From Yuukianura sp. NJ FZ-2021 (Eukaryota): a stretch of 64,000 nucleotides of DNA. The DNA lies in the NCBI GenBank assembly GCA_046563655.1, contig CM102286.1, forward strand, positions 14,694,001-14,758,000, read 5' to 3'. A program made the position numbers and the translations under genes. Positions 25,122 through 37,500 of the stretch are shown piece by piece. How positions within the stretch are numbered: the stretch's first letter is position 1; every line of letters starts with the position of its first letter. A model generated the notes under the pieces. It saw nothing but the letters and a program-made list of their open reading frames with translations, did not search any database and was not told where the DNA came from.

Positions 25122-28100
25122 CTAAAGGGATAACCTATCAGTTTTTAGAATGGAGTAAGTGAGGACCAAGTCCCCAGGGCCCTTCCAGTAGAAATGCTTG
25201 ACAGTTCGGAGGTCCATGTCCGGCATGAGGAGAGTGTCTAGACAGTAGAGGCGGACACGCTCTTCTGCCGGTACGTCAGTACTGCTGCTGACGACACTCC
25301 CAGTAGTCGACTGTGGATTTTCTTCGTCCATTTTTTCCAAAACGTGTTCCATCACTTTTCGCATGGAAATGAAGTCATTGGCAAAGAGACGTTCTCGTTT
25401 CAAACTTTTCCCGCCGTTCATAGAATGTGGAGTGAGGAAAAAGAGGATCTTGATGAACTTGGGTGGTTGATTGTACTCTTCCATGATTTGTTCTGGAAGG
25501 ACACAAAGTAATAAGTTAAAATCAAACATTAGACGCCATTTTCAAATTCCGAATTCATTTTTAACAGTTTACCGAAAACCCATTGTGGAATGGCCTCTGA
25601 AAGACATGATCGTTCGGCTTCTCCAACGGCATCCCGTACCAGAAATCTGTACATCGTTTTGCTGCCTAGTGACATAAATAAAAGTAGTCTTAATGATCGG
25701 ACTAGTAGTAGGTGGTCGGGAAAGTGGTAGGTGGTCGCGATTCGCGAAAGTGAAAAGTTAAAGTGGTCGGAAAAGTGGTAGGAGGTCGCTTTTCGCAAAA
25801 CTGATAAGTGATCGGGAAAGTGGTAGGTGGTCGCGATTCGCGAAGTGATAAGTTAAAGTGGTCGGAAAAGTGGTAGGTGGTCTTGATTCGCGAAAGTGAA
25901 AAGTTAAAGTGGTCGGAAAAGTAGTAGGTGGTCTTGATTCGGCAAAATGGTCGGAAAAGTGGTAGGTTTTTAAAACCTAATGGGAATATAACGACTTTTC
26001 CTGTTTGTGTGATACCTTGCTCTCCAGTTATGTAAACGGGCGTGTGGCCTGGAATGCTGAAAAACTTGTGTCCGGGATTTGTAGAAAATCTTCCTGGTTC
26101 AAACAATGCTTGTAGCAACAGTCTACCAAAGTTTACTACAAAACAAAACGATCACTTCATAAATCAATTATTCAGCTAATTAACTCAAATACCTTTCTGA
26201 TCAGCCTCAGTTTCGTCGGAAACCAAATTCTGATCTTTGGCTGACACCCATGCTCCCAGGCAGTCAGTATTCTCATCTTGGGCTAAATGTATGGTTACCA
26301 TCTACCAAGTCAAAAGTTAAGTAATCAATTAGTTAATTAATTAATCTAAAAATTCTTAAAATGACATCGTTTCTGAAACTTACTGCTGTGTGTAACCCAA
26401 CAGTAAACCACGATGGAATGAAAACTTGTGTAGTTCTGTTTCTGATTTCTTCTTCAAAATCCACTTGTCCCAAATCATCCACCTTGATTGCCTGAAATCG
26501 AAAATGAAAATCGGGGAAAATTGAAGAATCGGATTTAAACCTAACTAAAATCCAAGATATTTCCTTATCGATTACCATAAGAGCATCGTAGACTTGGACA
26601 TTTCCTTTGGTGTCTTTGGTTAGAATGTGTCTCTTGTTATTGAGAATTGAATACTGTCGAATGGCCGGAATGCCTTCAATTTCAATGAGAGGTGGACTGT
26701 GAATGTAGTCGTCTGGACAAATGTCGTCACCAGAAGGGAGTGGCCAAGCTCTAAAAGTAGAATCTGTTGTGCCAACCCATACCATTGACAGATCAGGAGC
26801 CAGACAGAGACTCAGTATGGGGTGAGATTCAACTGCTAACACAGTGGACACACAGCTACCCAGGCGCAGATCGGTGAACATGATACGACAGTCCTTCCCT
26901 CCAGAAATCACTGAATGAAAAGAGTCTGGAGCCTAAGAAAAACGAAAAAGCGACGATTAGAATTCAAAAAATGCAATGGAAGTTCATATTCACTTACCGC
27001 TAGTGCCCATACTCCTTGACTGTGACACCGTATTGTTAAAATGCATTGTTGTTGACCCAAGACCCAGAGCTTGATCGTGCCGTCACTGAAACGACATTCA
27101 AAAAATGTCACAATGCGATGACATGGCATCATAAGTTGCCATGCGACTTACCTAGATCCTGATAGACATTGCGATCCATCAAAATTGAGACACAGGGCCT
27201 TGACATTGTCCATGTGACCTTAGCACAAAAATGAAAATGTTGATCTGATTGCGATTCATCATCATGTTCATTTTTGTTAAATGGACTTACCTTTGAGTTT
27301 CATTGTTTTAGTATACCTTCTTGTGTCCCAAACTCTCAATACTTTTTCTGTTGATCCCGATACCAAAGTATTTCCATCAGGGCTCATAGCGAGACTGTAG
27401 ATACTGTTCTTGGATCCCGTCAATGCAGCAGCTAAAAGGATTAACAATTTAGTCCAAAGTCCATAACTTTATCATTATTCAACGATTACTTGTAACTGTG
27501 TTTTTGGTAGCTGTTAATGCCGTCAAAGTCTGGACATCCCACAAATAAATACTTCGGTCAAATCCGGCCGAGGCAACCTACATTTTTTAGCCAAGTTTAA
27601 ACCTCGTTTCAACAAATCCTTGACGTTGAGGTTGTACTCACTCACCGTTTCCCGTTCTTTGGAATATGCTAAAGCTCTAACGTAATCTTTGTGCGTCCTC
27701 AACGTCGACATCACTAAAAAGCATATTCCTGATTACTATAACAAACTTATATTGGGTCACACTTAATTTAAGTTCCTCACCAAAGCCCTTCTGAGCGTTC
27801 CATAATTTTACCGTACAGTCGTTTGATCCCGACATGATATTTTTTCCATGACTAGTCAGAATGATCCCGTTGACCCAATCTACAAAGTTACGTCAAAATC
27901 GGTCATTTCCAGCATTGAAACTACACAAACAGTAATTTCCAAGTTGTGGTCAATCTAAACCTGTATGGTGCTCCATGGTATGGCAAAAACGGACTTGACC
28001 CTTCGCAACACTGTGTGTCCTGATGATCCCATCTCTTCCAGCAGAATGAACCCTAAACAATTAATATAACAAGTTAATCATCTTTCTCTACTTTCATTCT

Positions 28101-28265
28101 TAGCACTGATTGGTGATTAATGAAATTTAATTAATCAAATTCTTACCTATCCAGAATAGGATCGTAAACGATGCAGGAAACTCCGGAATGGTGTCTGGGT
28201 TCCTTTTCATCCCGTATCGTAAACGATACTTGCGTTTTCTTCTTTCCCGACCTCTCCTCCGTCAT
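25122..28265 (-). CDS. WDR48: WD repeat-containing protein 48 (UAF1) homolog (multi-exon)
   Basis: [75 protein letters not shown]. Confidence 0.93.
25705..25967. repeat. Intronic minisatellite, ~52-bp units, about 5 copies
   Basis: aagtggtcggaaaagtggtaggtggtc(gc/tt)gattcgcgaaagtgaaaagtta repeated inside a WDR48 intron. Confidence 0.9.
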
Positions 28266-28788
28266 GATTCAACTAATTAACAAACAGCTGAACAACAACT
28301 TAATTTATCATAATTTATCCAATTGATAACTAGTAATTGATAACAAATTGTTTATTTTTCTTTTGAAAATGTCAATAAAAACAAATTAGCACTAAAACAA
28401 TTAAGTTAGCGCCTTCGTGTCACATGACTGTGAATTTGATTTTTTTGAGCTGCCCATCTCTGTATCGGGTGACACAAGCACGATAAAAACAAACCGCTAG
28501 AGCAACCTTAAGAAATTCAACTTTAATTAACCTAAGATTATAATTTGTTAATTGATTAATCATTTATAGCTTAATTACCATCAGTTGAGGGACTGAATCC
28601 ACGAAAATCACAGTGAGTCCATTTTCTGCAAGGTATTCTGATAAAAATCAGTTAACTGCATCTAATTAATATTTACGTTTCAGAATCAGCTTCAGCACTT
28701 ACCTAGACCTTAACTTTTGAAAACTCCCACTCTGACCGTAGCGAGTGATTAACGGGCACTCGATACTACAATACAAATAAGACTGAAA

Positions 28789-29160
28789 ATGAAGAAGTAC
28801 CAGCAACTGTTTATACTGGCACTGGGAATTATCTCTCTCATCCTCTTCCTCATCTACAAACACGAGTACGATCGTCTGAGATACGTCATGGAAAACATGG
28901 AGATTTTTGGCAATCCACCATCACCGCACCCCCAGATCCAACTACCACCAGCATCCCTCCAAGATCCGGAAAATGCTGTTGCAGAACACAACGATCTAGT
29001 AGAGATTCAGAGAAAACATGGTGAAAACTCGTTTCTTCAACAGCATCATCCCATGGCTCTGGCAAGGAACAATGACAAAGACAATGTACTTCCAGAGTTC
29101 AATGTCATTCAAAGTCCAGTCAACAGTCAGGAAAAGGTACTCAATGCTCGCAAGAGCTAA
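28789..29160 (+). CDS. Small type II single-pass membrane protein, 123 aa, function unknown
   Basis: MKKYQQ followed by a ~17-residue hydrophobic helix and YKHEYDRLRYVME; aaaATG context; probable 5' UTR intron ending at ~28683. Confidence 0.65.
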   Translation: MKKYQQLFILALGIISLILFLIYKHEYDRLRYVMENMEIFGNPPSPHPQIQLPPASLQDPENAVAEHNDLVEIQRKHGENSFLQQHHPMALARNNDKDNVLPEFNVIQSPVNSQEKVLNARKS

Positions 29161-29351
29161 AACAACTAAAGAGTTCTTCACTGTGCCTTTCACAACCAGA
29201 GATTTCTTCTTATACTTGATTGATTCATTCATCAGGTCAGACTACCGGCAACACGTATACGTTTAATTAATTTTTTGGAGAGATTTATACATGTTCAAAT
29301 TCGTTTAGAGCTTACACGTATTTTTACTTATACTTCCATATGAGAACAAGT

Positions 29352-31080
29352 TTAGGCAGAAGACTTGACCTTTTGGGTTAAGGCTGCGTTCAGAACGTTG
29401 GCATCTTTCAGTGTGAGTTCCATGTCGGTCAAATCACGATTTGGAAACAGCGTCAAGATGTAGTTGACGGAACCGTACTGTGGTCGAGCACTGAAATTAA
29501 TTTAAAGACGAAATTAAATATTCCCGGTATACAACTTTTTCAAAATAACTTTTAAAATTATTTTTTTGAGCTTACGTGTTGATGAAATTGTGGAGGTCAC
29601 TGATCCTGTGCGTGTGATTGAAGCGGGCAACAAGACGAGTACCATCAGTCAGACGGAATTGCAAGTTCGTCGTGGGATCCCCTTCTGACAGATTGATCTG
29701 ATTACGTGCTACTTCTTCTTGGGCAGTACGATCAGAAGCGGTCGTGGAAGCTGCTGCTGTGACAACCGCCGGAGCTGGACTTCCGAGCATGTGACCTTGG
29801 CCACTGAACGGGTTGCGTGGAGCTTTCGGGGGTTCAAATTGTTCGTGTCGACGATCCTCCATTGCCAACTGGACTTCCTGTCCCGGATGACTCCGAATCA
29901 GTTCTCTTGGAATTTCACTAATTTTGACAAAAATAATTAACGTTCCTCAAGTAGTTTCATAAGCAATAAAAAAAAGTACCCTGTTTTGATGGAGTCCAGA
30001 AAAGCCAAATTCTCGGGGTCCGAGTAGAGCCGAAGTTGCCCGTCGTCAATAGTGAATCCAGTACGCCATAAGCGGAGAGTCACTTCTCGTGGTTCCAAAG
30101 TCGCTGATCTGGAAGGGGCTGATGCGATTGGAGCGGATCCACTGGCCATGTCACCCAGCTTGTACCCAGCTCCAGTAAAAGAAGATGCTGGTTTATTCGG
30201 AGCAAAAGGATCCTCAGCAGTTGCACCGTGCCTGGAATGAGAAAATAAATTATTATTAGGGCATATGGCTGCATTAAATATTCCATTTTCACTCATTACA
30301 TGTCAAGGTTAACGTTTCCCATTTTGGGAAAACATCCGAATCTTTAATCAAAGTTTCTAAAAAGGGTCAAATTCTAATCAATCGCAATGAATGCAAAAAG
30401 GTATGCAGAATAAAGTCATTGAACGCAAATAAGAGGCGAATAAGACTTGCTTTGTTACCAACAATAACGCATGCAATGCCATTGTCGTGACAACAGTGTT
30501 TTGGAAAATCAAAAAATTCAAATAAATCTTACTCCTTGGCCTTTTCAAAAAGATCTTTGATGAATTCGTCTTTCTTCTTTGACGGCGGACCCAGAACTTG
30601 CTGGCCACTGGTAACCGAACCTCCTGCAAAGAAGGCTTGACCTTTCTCCTCATCGGAACTGTCTTCTTCCTCTTCTTGTTTTCGCAGTGCATCAAGAGTA
30701 CCCAAACCCACGAGCCTTGGAGTTGGTGCTGGATTGTTTCCTGTTCTTGGTATGTTGGAGGCAGTTGACCTGGGAGCAGGAGGTACATCAGCACCAATTA
30801 ACTGCGCTGCTACACTTGTCGGCACAGCATGATCTGACTCCACTTCGTGATCAGATTGGTCTTGATCACCTTCGTAGAAGCCTGCAATTGCAACCTAATT
30901 CAAAAACCAGAGTAATCAATATGCAAAACATCTTTTATAAAATATACTATGCTAAGTTGGATCACTTACGCCCAAGTCCCATCCAGAAGCCTCCATGTAA
31001 AACTTTGCTCTCTCAGTGTTGGCTCCAGTGACATCCATGAACTGTGCAACCAGCTCCTCTTCATTTCCATGAGACGCCAT
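29352..31080 (-). CDS. NSFL1C: NSFL1 cofactor p47 (UBA-SEP-UBX; p97 adaptor)
   Basis: UBA-like N-terminus, AFFAGGS..SGQQVLGP, SEP domain LRLWRTGFTIDDGQLR, SHP box FSGQGHMLGS, UBX RLVARFNHTH. Confidence 0.95.
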
Positions 31081-31814
31081 TCTTCCTTTTTAATCCTGCT
31101 CACTTCCAAATTCAAATTCCTAACAAAAAAAAATAAGTCATCTTCCGCGATTTTCAAACTAACTAAACCATAAACATGAAGTGCTATCGCTATGTGCTTG
31201 TCTAGGAATTTCAAGATTACGAATGAAGGACGAAGCTTACCTGATGATAACCAGGAGACAATTTCGATCCAAAAGCTAAGCTAATTTAGTCAATGACAAA
31301 TCCAAACTACTGAAGTTAATTACGAGAGAACGATTACTCAAAAACTTTGGCAAAGAAAGAACAAATCAATGGAAAAATTCTGCGGTTGTTTTGCCTTGTC
31401 ATTATTTTTAAGTCCATCTCCAGGTTTCTCCACTTCATCCCTTCACCCGAGATTGCAAAGATGGGGAAATTGAATTAGTTTCTGAATTATTTAGTTTGAC
31501 ATAAACAAGTGCATGCTAAAATAACAAAATATTGTTTCGAATTTATAATAGCATATTAAGTTTTCTAAATTATTTAAATTATTTAACTATTGTTGTTATT
31601 TAGGTAAATCCGTTAGCAATTAACACCCAGACATGTACGGCTCTGATAGGAAGTTTTGAGGAACGACTTATCTATTTTCCCAAAAATTAATCAATTTGTC
31701 AAATTCAAATTTCTCAGTTCCCGCCAATCCAATTTTTAGCCGCGGGAAAATTGTGTCACGGAAATTAATTTAATCCGAGATTTCGGAACAGCTGATTCCG
31801 GTAACAATACAGAA

Positions 31815-32975
31815 ATGTTCCGGGTATCAAGAAATTGGTTCACTCGGATCCTAATTAATCACAAATCAATTAACGTCAGTAATGTCGTTTTGAAACGAAG
31901 TCATCACAGCCAGAAACGTCTGGTTTATACCGAACTGGAATCACGCAGTCTCATCCGAGTCAGTGGTCAAGATTCGTTTCCGTTTCTGCAAGGACTCATT
32001 ACAAACGACATTCATACGTTGCAACTTCAGCCGTCCATTTTCACCGTATTCCTGAACCAGGCTGGGCGAATCCTCTTTGACTCCATCATCTACGCAACAT
32101 CAACACCCAATACAGTCCTTATTGAATGCGACTCTCACATTCAACAGACACTCATTCGTCATCTGAAGCTGTATCGAGTGAGGAAGGACGTCCAAGTGGA
32201 CGACGTCGCTGGAGAAATCAGGCCTAACGTGATCTGGAATCCTGGTCATCCGGATATCCCTGCCAGTCTTCGTTCTAATACTGCCTCAGCATCTACTATT
32301 TGCAGTGAAGGAGGACATTGTACAGAAGGGATTGCAAAAGGAACGCTGGACATTGGCGATCTTACGGCAATCGTTGATCCTCGGGTGGAAGCCTTGGGCT
32401 GGAGAGTACTGGTTCCGGCCAAGGAAGATCTTCAGAAGAATACGAAGATACAGATTGAAAAATCCAACGAAGGAAGTTACCGACTTCTACTGTATTCGCT
32501 GGGCATCGGGGAAGGAGCCTTGGACTTCCCCATTGGCAATTCATTTCCTTTGGAATCCAACGTTGACTATCTCAATGGTGTTAACTTTCATAAAGGTTGC
32601 TACATTGGCCAGGAGTTGACTGCAAGGACACATCATACCGGAGTCGTTCGAAAACGACTTATGCCGTTCCGGTAACTCTAAGAAGATATTTATCCGTCCT
32701 TAAAAATCAAACGTTTTCTAAACGTTATGCTTCTTTTTAGGATTCTGGAAGAGACAACGTTCCCCCCGGAAGTGGACAAATCAACTCTTCAACTTCTAAA
32801 TCAAGCCGGAAAACCAATTGCCAAAGTCCGAAATATCATCGATTCCTACGGATTAGCTCTTGTTCGAGTTCAAGAAGCCCTTGCTTCATCTGAGATCAAG
32901 CTAGGTGACCATTTAGTGCAGTTGGACAGACCGTCTTGGTGGCCGTCAGAAGGCATCAAGGAGGATCGTGTTTAG
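31815..32975 (+). CDS. IBA57: Mitochondrial Fe-S assembly factor IBA57 (YgfZ family); exons 31815-32671, 32741-32975
   Basis: Presequence-like N-terminus, FLQGLITND, signature KGCYIGQELTARTHHTGVVRKRLMP, RPSWW. Confidence 0.96.
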
Positions 32976-32993
32976 GGCAATTAAAAAGCAAAG

Positions 32994-33350
32994 ATGGCGG
33001 CCAATCCTTTTCCAACCGCAGCAGAAGAACAGAAACCCAAACTCTTTTTCGAATGCAGTAGCTGTGGTCTCCATGAAGAATATCACTACTATGGCTGTCA
33101 ACCTCCCTTCTGTCGTGCCATTACCTTCCGTGAGAAGTCATATGTCATGAGAGATCCATTTAGCAAAGGTGAAACTGCCAACTTTCTGCTGCTGGGGAGC
33201 CAGTGTTCACTGTGTCACAAAATGGTTTGTCAAGACTGCAGTGTCTTCTTTACTGCCAGGGTTTGTACCACTTGTTACTCAACTCATAGCAACTCCTTAC
33301 CAGAAGAACTACGTCAAATTATGAAGAAACAAAAGGAACGGAACGAGTAA
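32994..33350 (+). CDS. CDPF1: Cysteine-rich DPF motif domain-containing protein 1
   Basis: FECSSCGL, YYGCQPP, SYVMRDPF, LLLGSQCSLCHKMVC, CSVFF..RVC..C. Confidence 0.9.
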   Translation: MAANPFPTAAEEQKPKLFFECSSCGLHEEYHYYGCQPPFCRAITFREKSYVMRDPFSKGETANFLLLGSQCSLCHKMVCQDCSVFFTARVCTTCYSTHSNSLPEELRQIMKKQKERNE

Positions 33351-33411
33351 AAGCTATTTACGTAAGTAAAACGATATTTATGTCAGTATAGGGTTAAGAA
33401 TTATCAAAATA

Positions 33412-35231
33412 TCAACGGCTTTTCTGTTTCTTCTGGTGGTGCGCTCCCGGCTTCGGTTTTACTCCAGTCAGCTTATGAATTATTCTTGCTTTCTTAATTT
33501 CTCCCTTATTTGGTTTCTTAGCTTTCCGCTACAAAAAAAGAAGGCAAGTAATTAGTAAAAGTAATCAAGATTACTTTCGAGTAATCGAGTAATTGTATAC
33601 TTTCTTATGAACGTAGTAAAATACCTTCAGTTTTCCGATTTCTGAAAGACAGTCTCCAGCAAACGCTTCTTTCTTGATTTGTTTTTGGAGTTCAGATTTG
33701 CCCCGTCGGGGATTCGAACCAGCGGCGACCACTGATTTGTTCTGTGATCGTTGCCCACTGTTCGACTTTTGAACACTTCCAGCATTACCTTCTCGCATAC
33801 GTTTCTTCTCTCCTTGGCTTCTCTTCACTTTGCCTTTCAATTTCTCTTTCTTCACGGCACGTTTGACTCGAACCTCGCGATTCTTCAGTTCTTTTCCATC
33901 TAGTTTGAGAGCTAACTCGACAGCCTCTGTGTTCTAAACAAACAGGATTGATCAAAGTAATACATACATCGTTAATTGATGATTTTAAGATTCATTGATT
34001 AACGAACCTTGAAATTGACATATCCGAACCCTTTCCCCATCTGTGTAACGCGATCTCGAACGACACGGACGTTCTTGATTGGTCCACACTCGGCAAAAAA
34101 TAGTCGTAGCTCGTCATCGTGGATTTCTAAACAAAAAATCGTAATCGATTAATTTTTAACTACTTAAATTGATAGTTTATAACATGATTTGAAGTGACTG
34201 GCTTACTTAAACTGAGGTTTCCAACAAAAACTGCTTTTTTGTTATCCTGTTTGTATTTAGTAATGGCCAGGTCAACTGTGAGGTAGTGATCGTCCAGTTG
34301 GTGGCCATTCAAGTGCTTCACTGCTCTCTTCGCTTCCTGTCTAGTTTTGTATCGGATGTAAGAAACGATACTGTCAGAGTCTGGATGAATTTCATTTCTG
34401 AAAAGAGGTTAAAGCTTTCACTTTTCAATTTCAAAAAAGTTTTGTTTCAATTCGCTCAAGATTATGAGATTATGAAAGTTATACTTCTTACTTTCTGAAT
34501 GCAATTTTCTTGAGCAGTGTTGGTTTAGCAGGAGCCGCTCCACGGAATCTGATTGTTTCAATTTCGCCGTATTCACTGAAGAGTTGTTTTAAAGTTTTCT
34601 TTTTAGTGTCTTTTGGGACGTTTCCGATGAAGACTGTTCGTCTTTCCAGTTCTGCGTTCTTTTCCTTTGGAGCATTGAGTTCAGTATGGGATTTCTTATC
34701 TGGACGATTACTGGATGATTTATCTTCATCTTCAACTGCTTCATCCCTGGTGGTCTGTTTTAACTTCTTGGGAGGCGTGTCGCTAATGTCAACGTTGGAT
34801 ACATCAACTTTTGTCAGTTTTTGACCTTCACTCTTTCGCTTCATCTTCTTGGCAGATAGATCTTTGCCATTTGGAATGTCACTGTCCATGGTGTCATCTT
34901 GATGCTGAGGTATTCTAGACTTTAGTTTGGCTTCTATCCTTATGCTTGCTGCATCTCGATGGGATAACTTAGTTTTCTTTGGTTCAGTCCTTTGAGGGTG
35001 TGGACTAATCTGGTTACGTTTTCCAGTCGTCTTGTGATCAGTACTTGCTGGTCCAACTCCTGCTGCTGGAGGTGGTTTAGGTACAGATCGGCTAGGCGAT
35101 TTAGCAATTACTGGAGGTGCTGAAGCGAAGATTTTGCAGAGAGCGGGATCCATTGTAGGCTTCTGGATTCCACAACTTCTGGCAATGATGTCTGACACAT
35201 TTTCCACAGTTTGTTCCTTCTTTTTCTTCAT
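33412..35231 (-). CDS. RBM34: Nucleolar two-RRM protein RBM34/Nop12 (multi-exon)
   Basis: Basic N-terminus, RTVFIGNVP..FSEYGEIETIRFRG, second RRM AVFVGNLSL..VRVVRDRVTQMGKGFGYVNF, basic tail. Confidence 0.9.
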
Positions 35232-35741
35232 GATTAATCTGTAAAGACCTATGTTTAAAAAAATATGAAAAATGTGCTCGTGGTATGTAGATGTACAATT
35301 TTTAGTTTCGACGTTGTCTTACCTTCGCAGCTTCTTTAGCTTAAAAACTGCCAATTTCGAATTCCGTAAAATCTGCTAATCGTAAATTAAATGGATTTTA
35401 TTTATACGACTAATGCGACAATTCAATTTCAAATTGAAATTTTCAATTCGTGAAAATTCCTTCAATTCAATTTGAAATTTTCAGGAAGAATTTTGAAAGG
35501 CAAATCCCGCCAGTAAACAGAAAAAGCACATTTCAAATTTTTCAAACGAATTTCGCGCCACAGAATTTTCCTGATTTGTGATTGGTCGGCTTCCAAAAGC
35601 AACGTTGAGCTTCTCGTCGTTCTCTTCTACATACGAAATTTTTTTTTGGAACATTACATTTTTTTACATCAAAAAATTACATCATTAACTGTAGTTTTGT
35701 TTGTGCATTTTTTGTTTTGCTTTAGCGTCTGCAACTCGCTT

Positions 35742-37500
35742 TGTTCAGAAGAAACAAGCTTCTTCAGAACCAAGGAAAACCTAGCCTTTAACCTTGACAC
35801 TCTGTCTTAATCTTTTTACCTCATGTCAATTTCCATAATCTAAATTTAGCCTAAGACATACATTTAACTCCGCATTGGAGTTCGTTTCCCTCTTCTCTTA
35901 CTCCATCGGAGTTAGTTTAGTCGTTATTCTACTCCTCTAAAAACCTATAAATGTAAGTTCCAAACGCCCTTTAGTAGTCAGTCACATTAGAGTCAAGCTA
36001 GCTTCCAGAGCTTCAACAGCTCTTCCCATTTGTCTCACAGTAACCTTGTTACATTAAATAAAGCTCATACAATTGGACTTGCAGTTGGTGTTTGACCTTT
36101 TGACCTTTACCTCTCATCGGTAGTGCGGCATAACCTTTATGCCGCAGACCGAACATTTTTCCAATTGAGCTTTCCTCGTCCGTCACCAAGTGACCTCCAA
36201 ACTCTCGTTCGTCACCCAGTGACCTCCAGCCAGTATTCGTGTGACCTCTCCACACAATGTGGGAACAAGTTCCACTGCCATCTCCGTTCGTCTGGATCGT
36301 CCGGTGAGGTCAACCCTCCGCCGCCGCATCCATCCTTCTCCGATTTTACGCCCTGGCTACGACGCCCTACTGGCTCAGCCATGGGTTCTTCCGCAGCTGC
36401 TATGCTGCAACCAGCCGAGGCCTCCTCGCATGGCTGGATCCCGTCGTCTGAGGTCAACGCCCCGCCGCATTCACCTCATCCAATTTTTACGCCCTCGACT
36501 AAGCCAACCTCAGGCTGCTCCTTCTCAACGCCGTGTGGAACTACACGACGTGGGAACTCCGTCCGCAAGGACATCCATCGCCTGGATCGTCGTCTGAGGT
36601 CACCCCTTCGTCGTCGCATCCATCCTCGCCGTTCTCTGCGCCCGAAGTGGTGTGAGGACTCCGTCCCCAATGGACACCCGGATCGTCGGATGAGGTCACC
36701 CCTCCAGCCGTCGCATCCATCCTCGTCAGTCTCCGCGCCTTGCGTCGTGGGACTTCCTATCGCCTGGATCGTTGGTGAGGTCACCCCTCCGCCGCCGCAT
36801 CCATCCTCGTCAGTCTCTGCGCCCTGCGTCGTGGGACTTCCAATCGCCCGGATCGTCGGATGAGGTCACCCCTACAGCCGCTGCATCCATCCTCGTCAGT
36901 CTCAGCGCCCTGCGTCGTGGGACTTCCAATCGCCTGGATCGTCGGACGAGGTCACCCTCTGCCGTCGCATCCATCCTTTTTTGGTTTTTGCGCCCTGCGC
37001 CCTGACTACGCCGCCCTCTCCGGCTCATCCCATTTCTACGCCCTGGACACTACGCCAACGTCTTCCGCGCCCGCCGCTCGGAAATATGTTCAGAAGAAAC
37101 AAGCTTCTTCAGAACCAAGGAAAACCTAGCCTTTAACCTTGACACTCTGTCTTAATCTTTTTACCTCATGTCAATTTCCATAATCTAAATTTAGCCTAAG
37201 ACATACATTTAACTCCGCATTGGAGTTCGTTTCCCTCTTCTCTTACTCCATCGGAGTTAGTTTAGTCGTTATTCTACTCCTCTAAAAACCTATAAATGTA
37301 AGTTCCAAACGCCCTTTAGTAGTCAGTCACATTAGAGTCAAGCTAGCTTCCAGAGCTTCAACAGCTCTTCCCATTTGTCTCACAGTAACCTTGTTACATT
37401 AAATAAAGCTCATACAATTGGACTTGCAGTTGGTGTTTGACCTTTTGACCTTTACCTCTCATCGGTAGTGCGGCATAACCTTTATGCCGCAGACCGAACA
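35742..37500 (+). mobile_element. Non-autonomous LTR retroelement; LTRs 35742-36155 and 37087-37500; 5-bp TSD CGCTT
   Basis: Two apparently identical 414-bp direct repeats TGTT...AACA; CGCTT on both flanks; TATAAAT and AATAAA inside each LTR; no gag/pol motifs in the 931-bp interior. Confidence 0.93.
36691..36975. repeat. GC-rich ~85-bp tandem repeat inside the LTR element, with degenerate copies upstream from ~36290
   Basis: gaggtcaccc...gcatccatcctcgtcagtctc.gcgcc.tgcgtcgtgggacttcc.atcgcc.ggatcgt at 36691, 36776 and 36861, partial at ~36947. Confidence 0.9.

Noticed and set aside
25529..26118. ORFs with repeated [14 protein letters not shown] peptides, and a CRISPR-like appearance
   Set aside because: Translation of an intronic minisatellite; no unique spacers, no cas genes, eukaryotic context
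32975..33150. Possible IBA57-CDPF1 fusion by splicing to the tttag at the IBA57 stop
   Set aside because: That splice enters a different frame from CDPF1, and read-through meets a second stop
36123..36863. 246-aa ORF inside the LTR element
   Set aside because: Non-ATG start inside the LTR, repeat-derived Pro/Ser/Arg sequence, no Gag zinc knuckle or Pol motif
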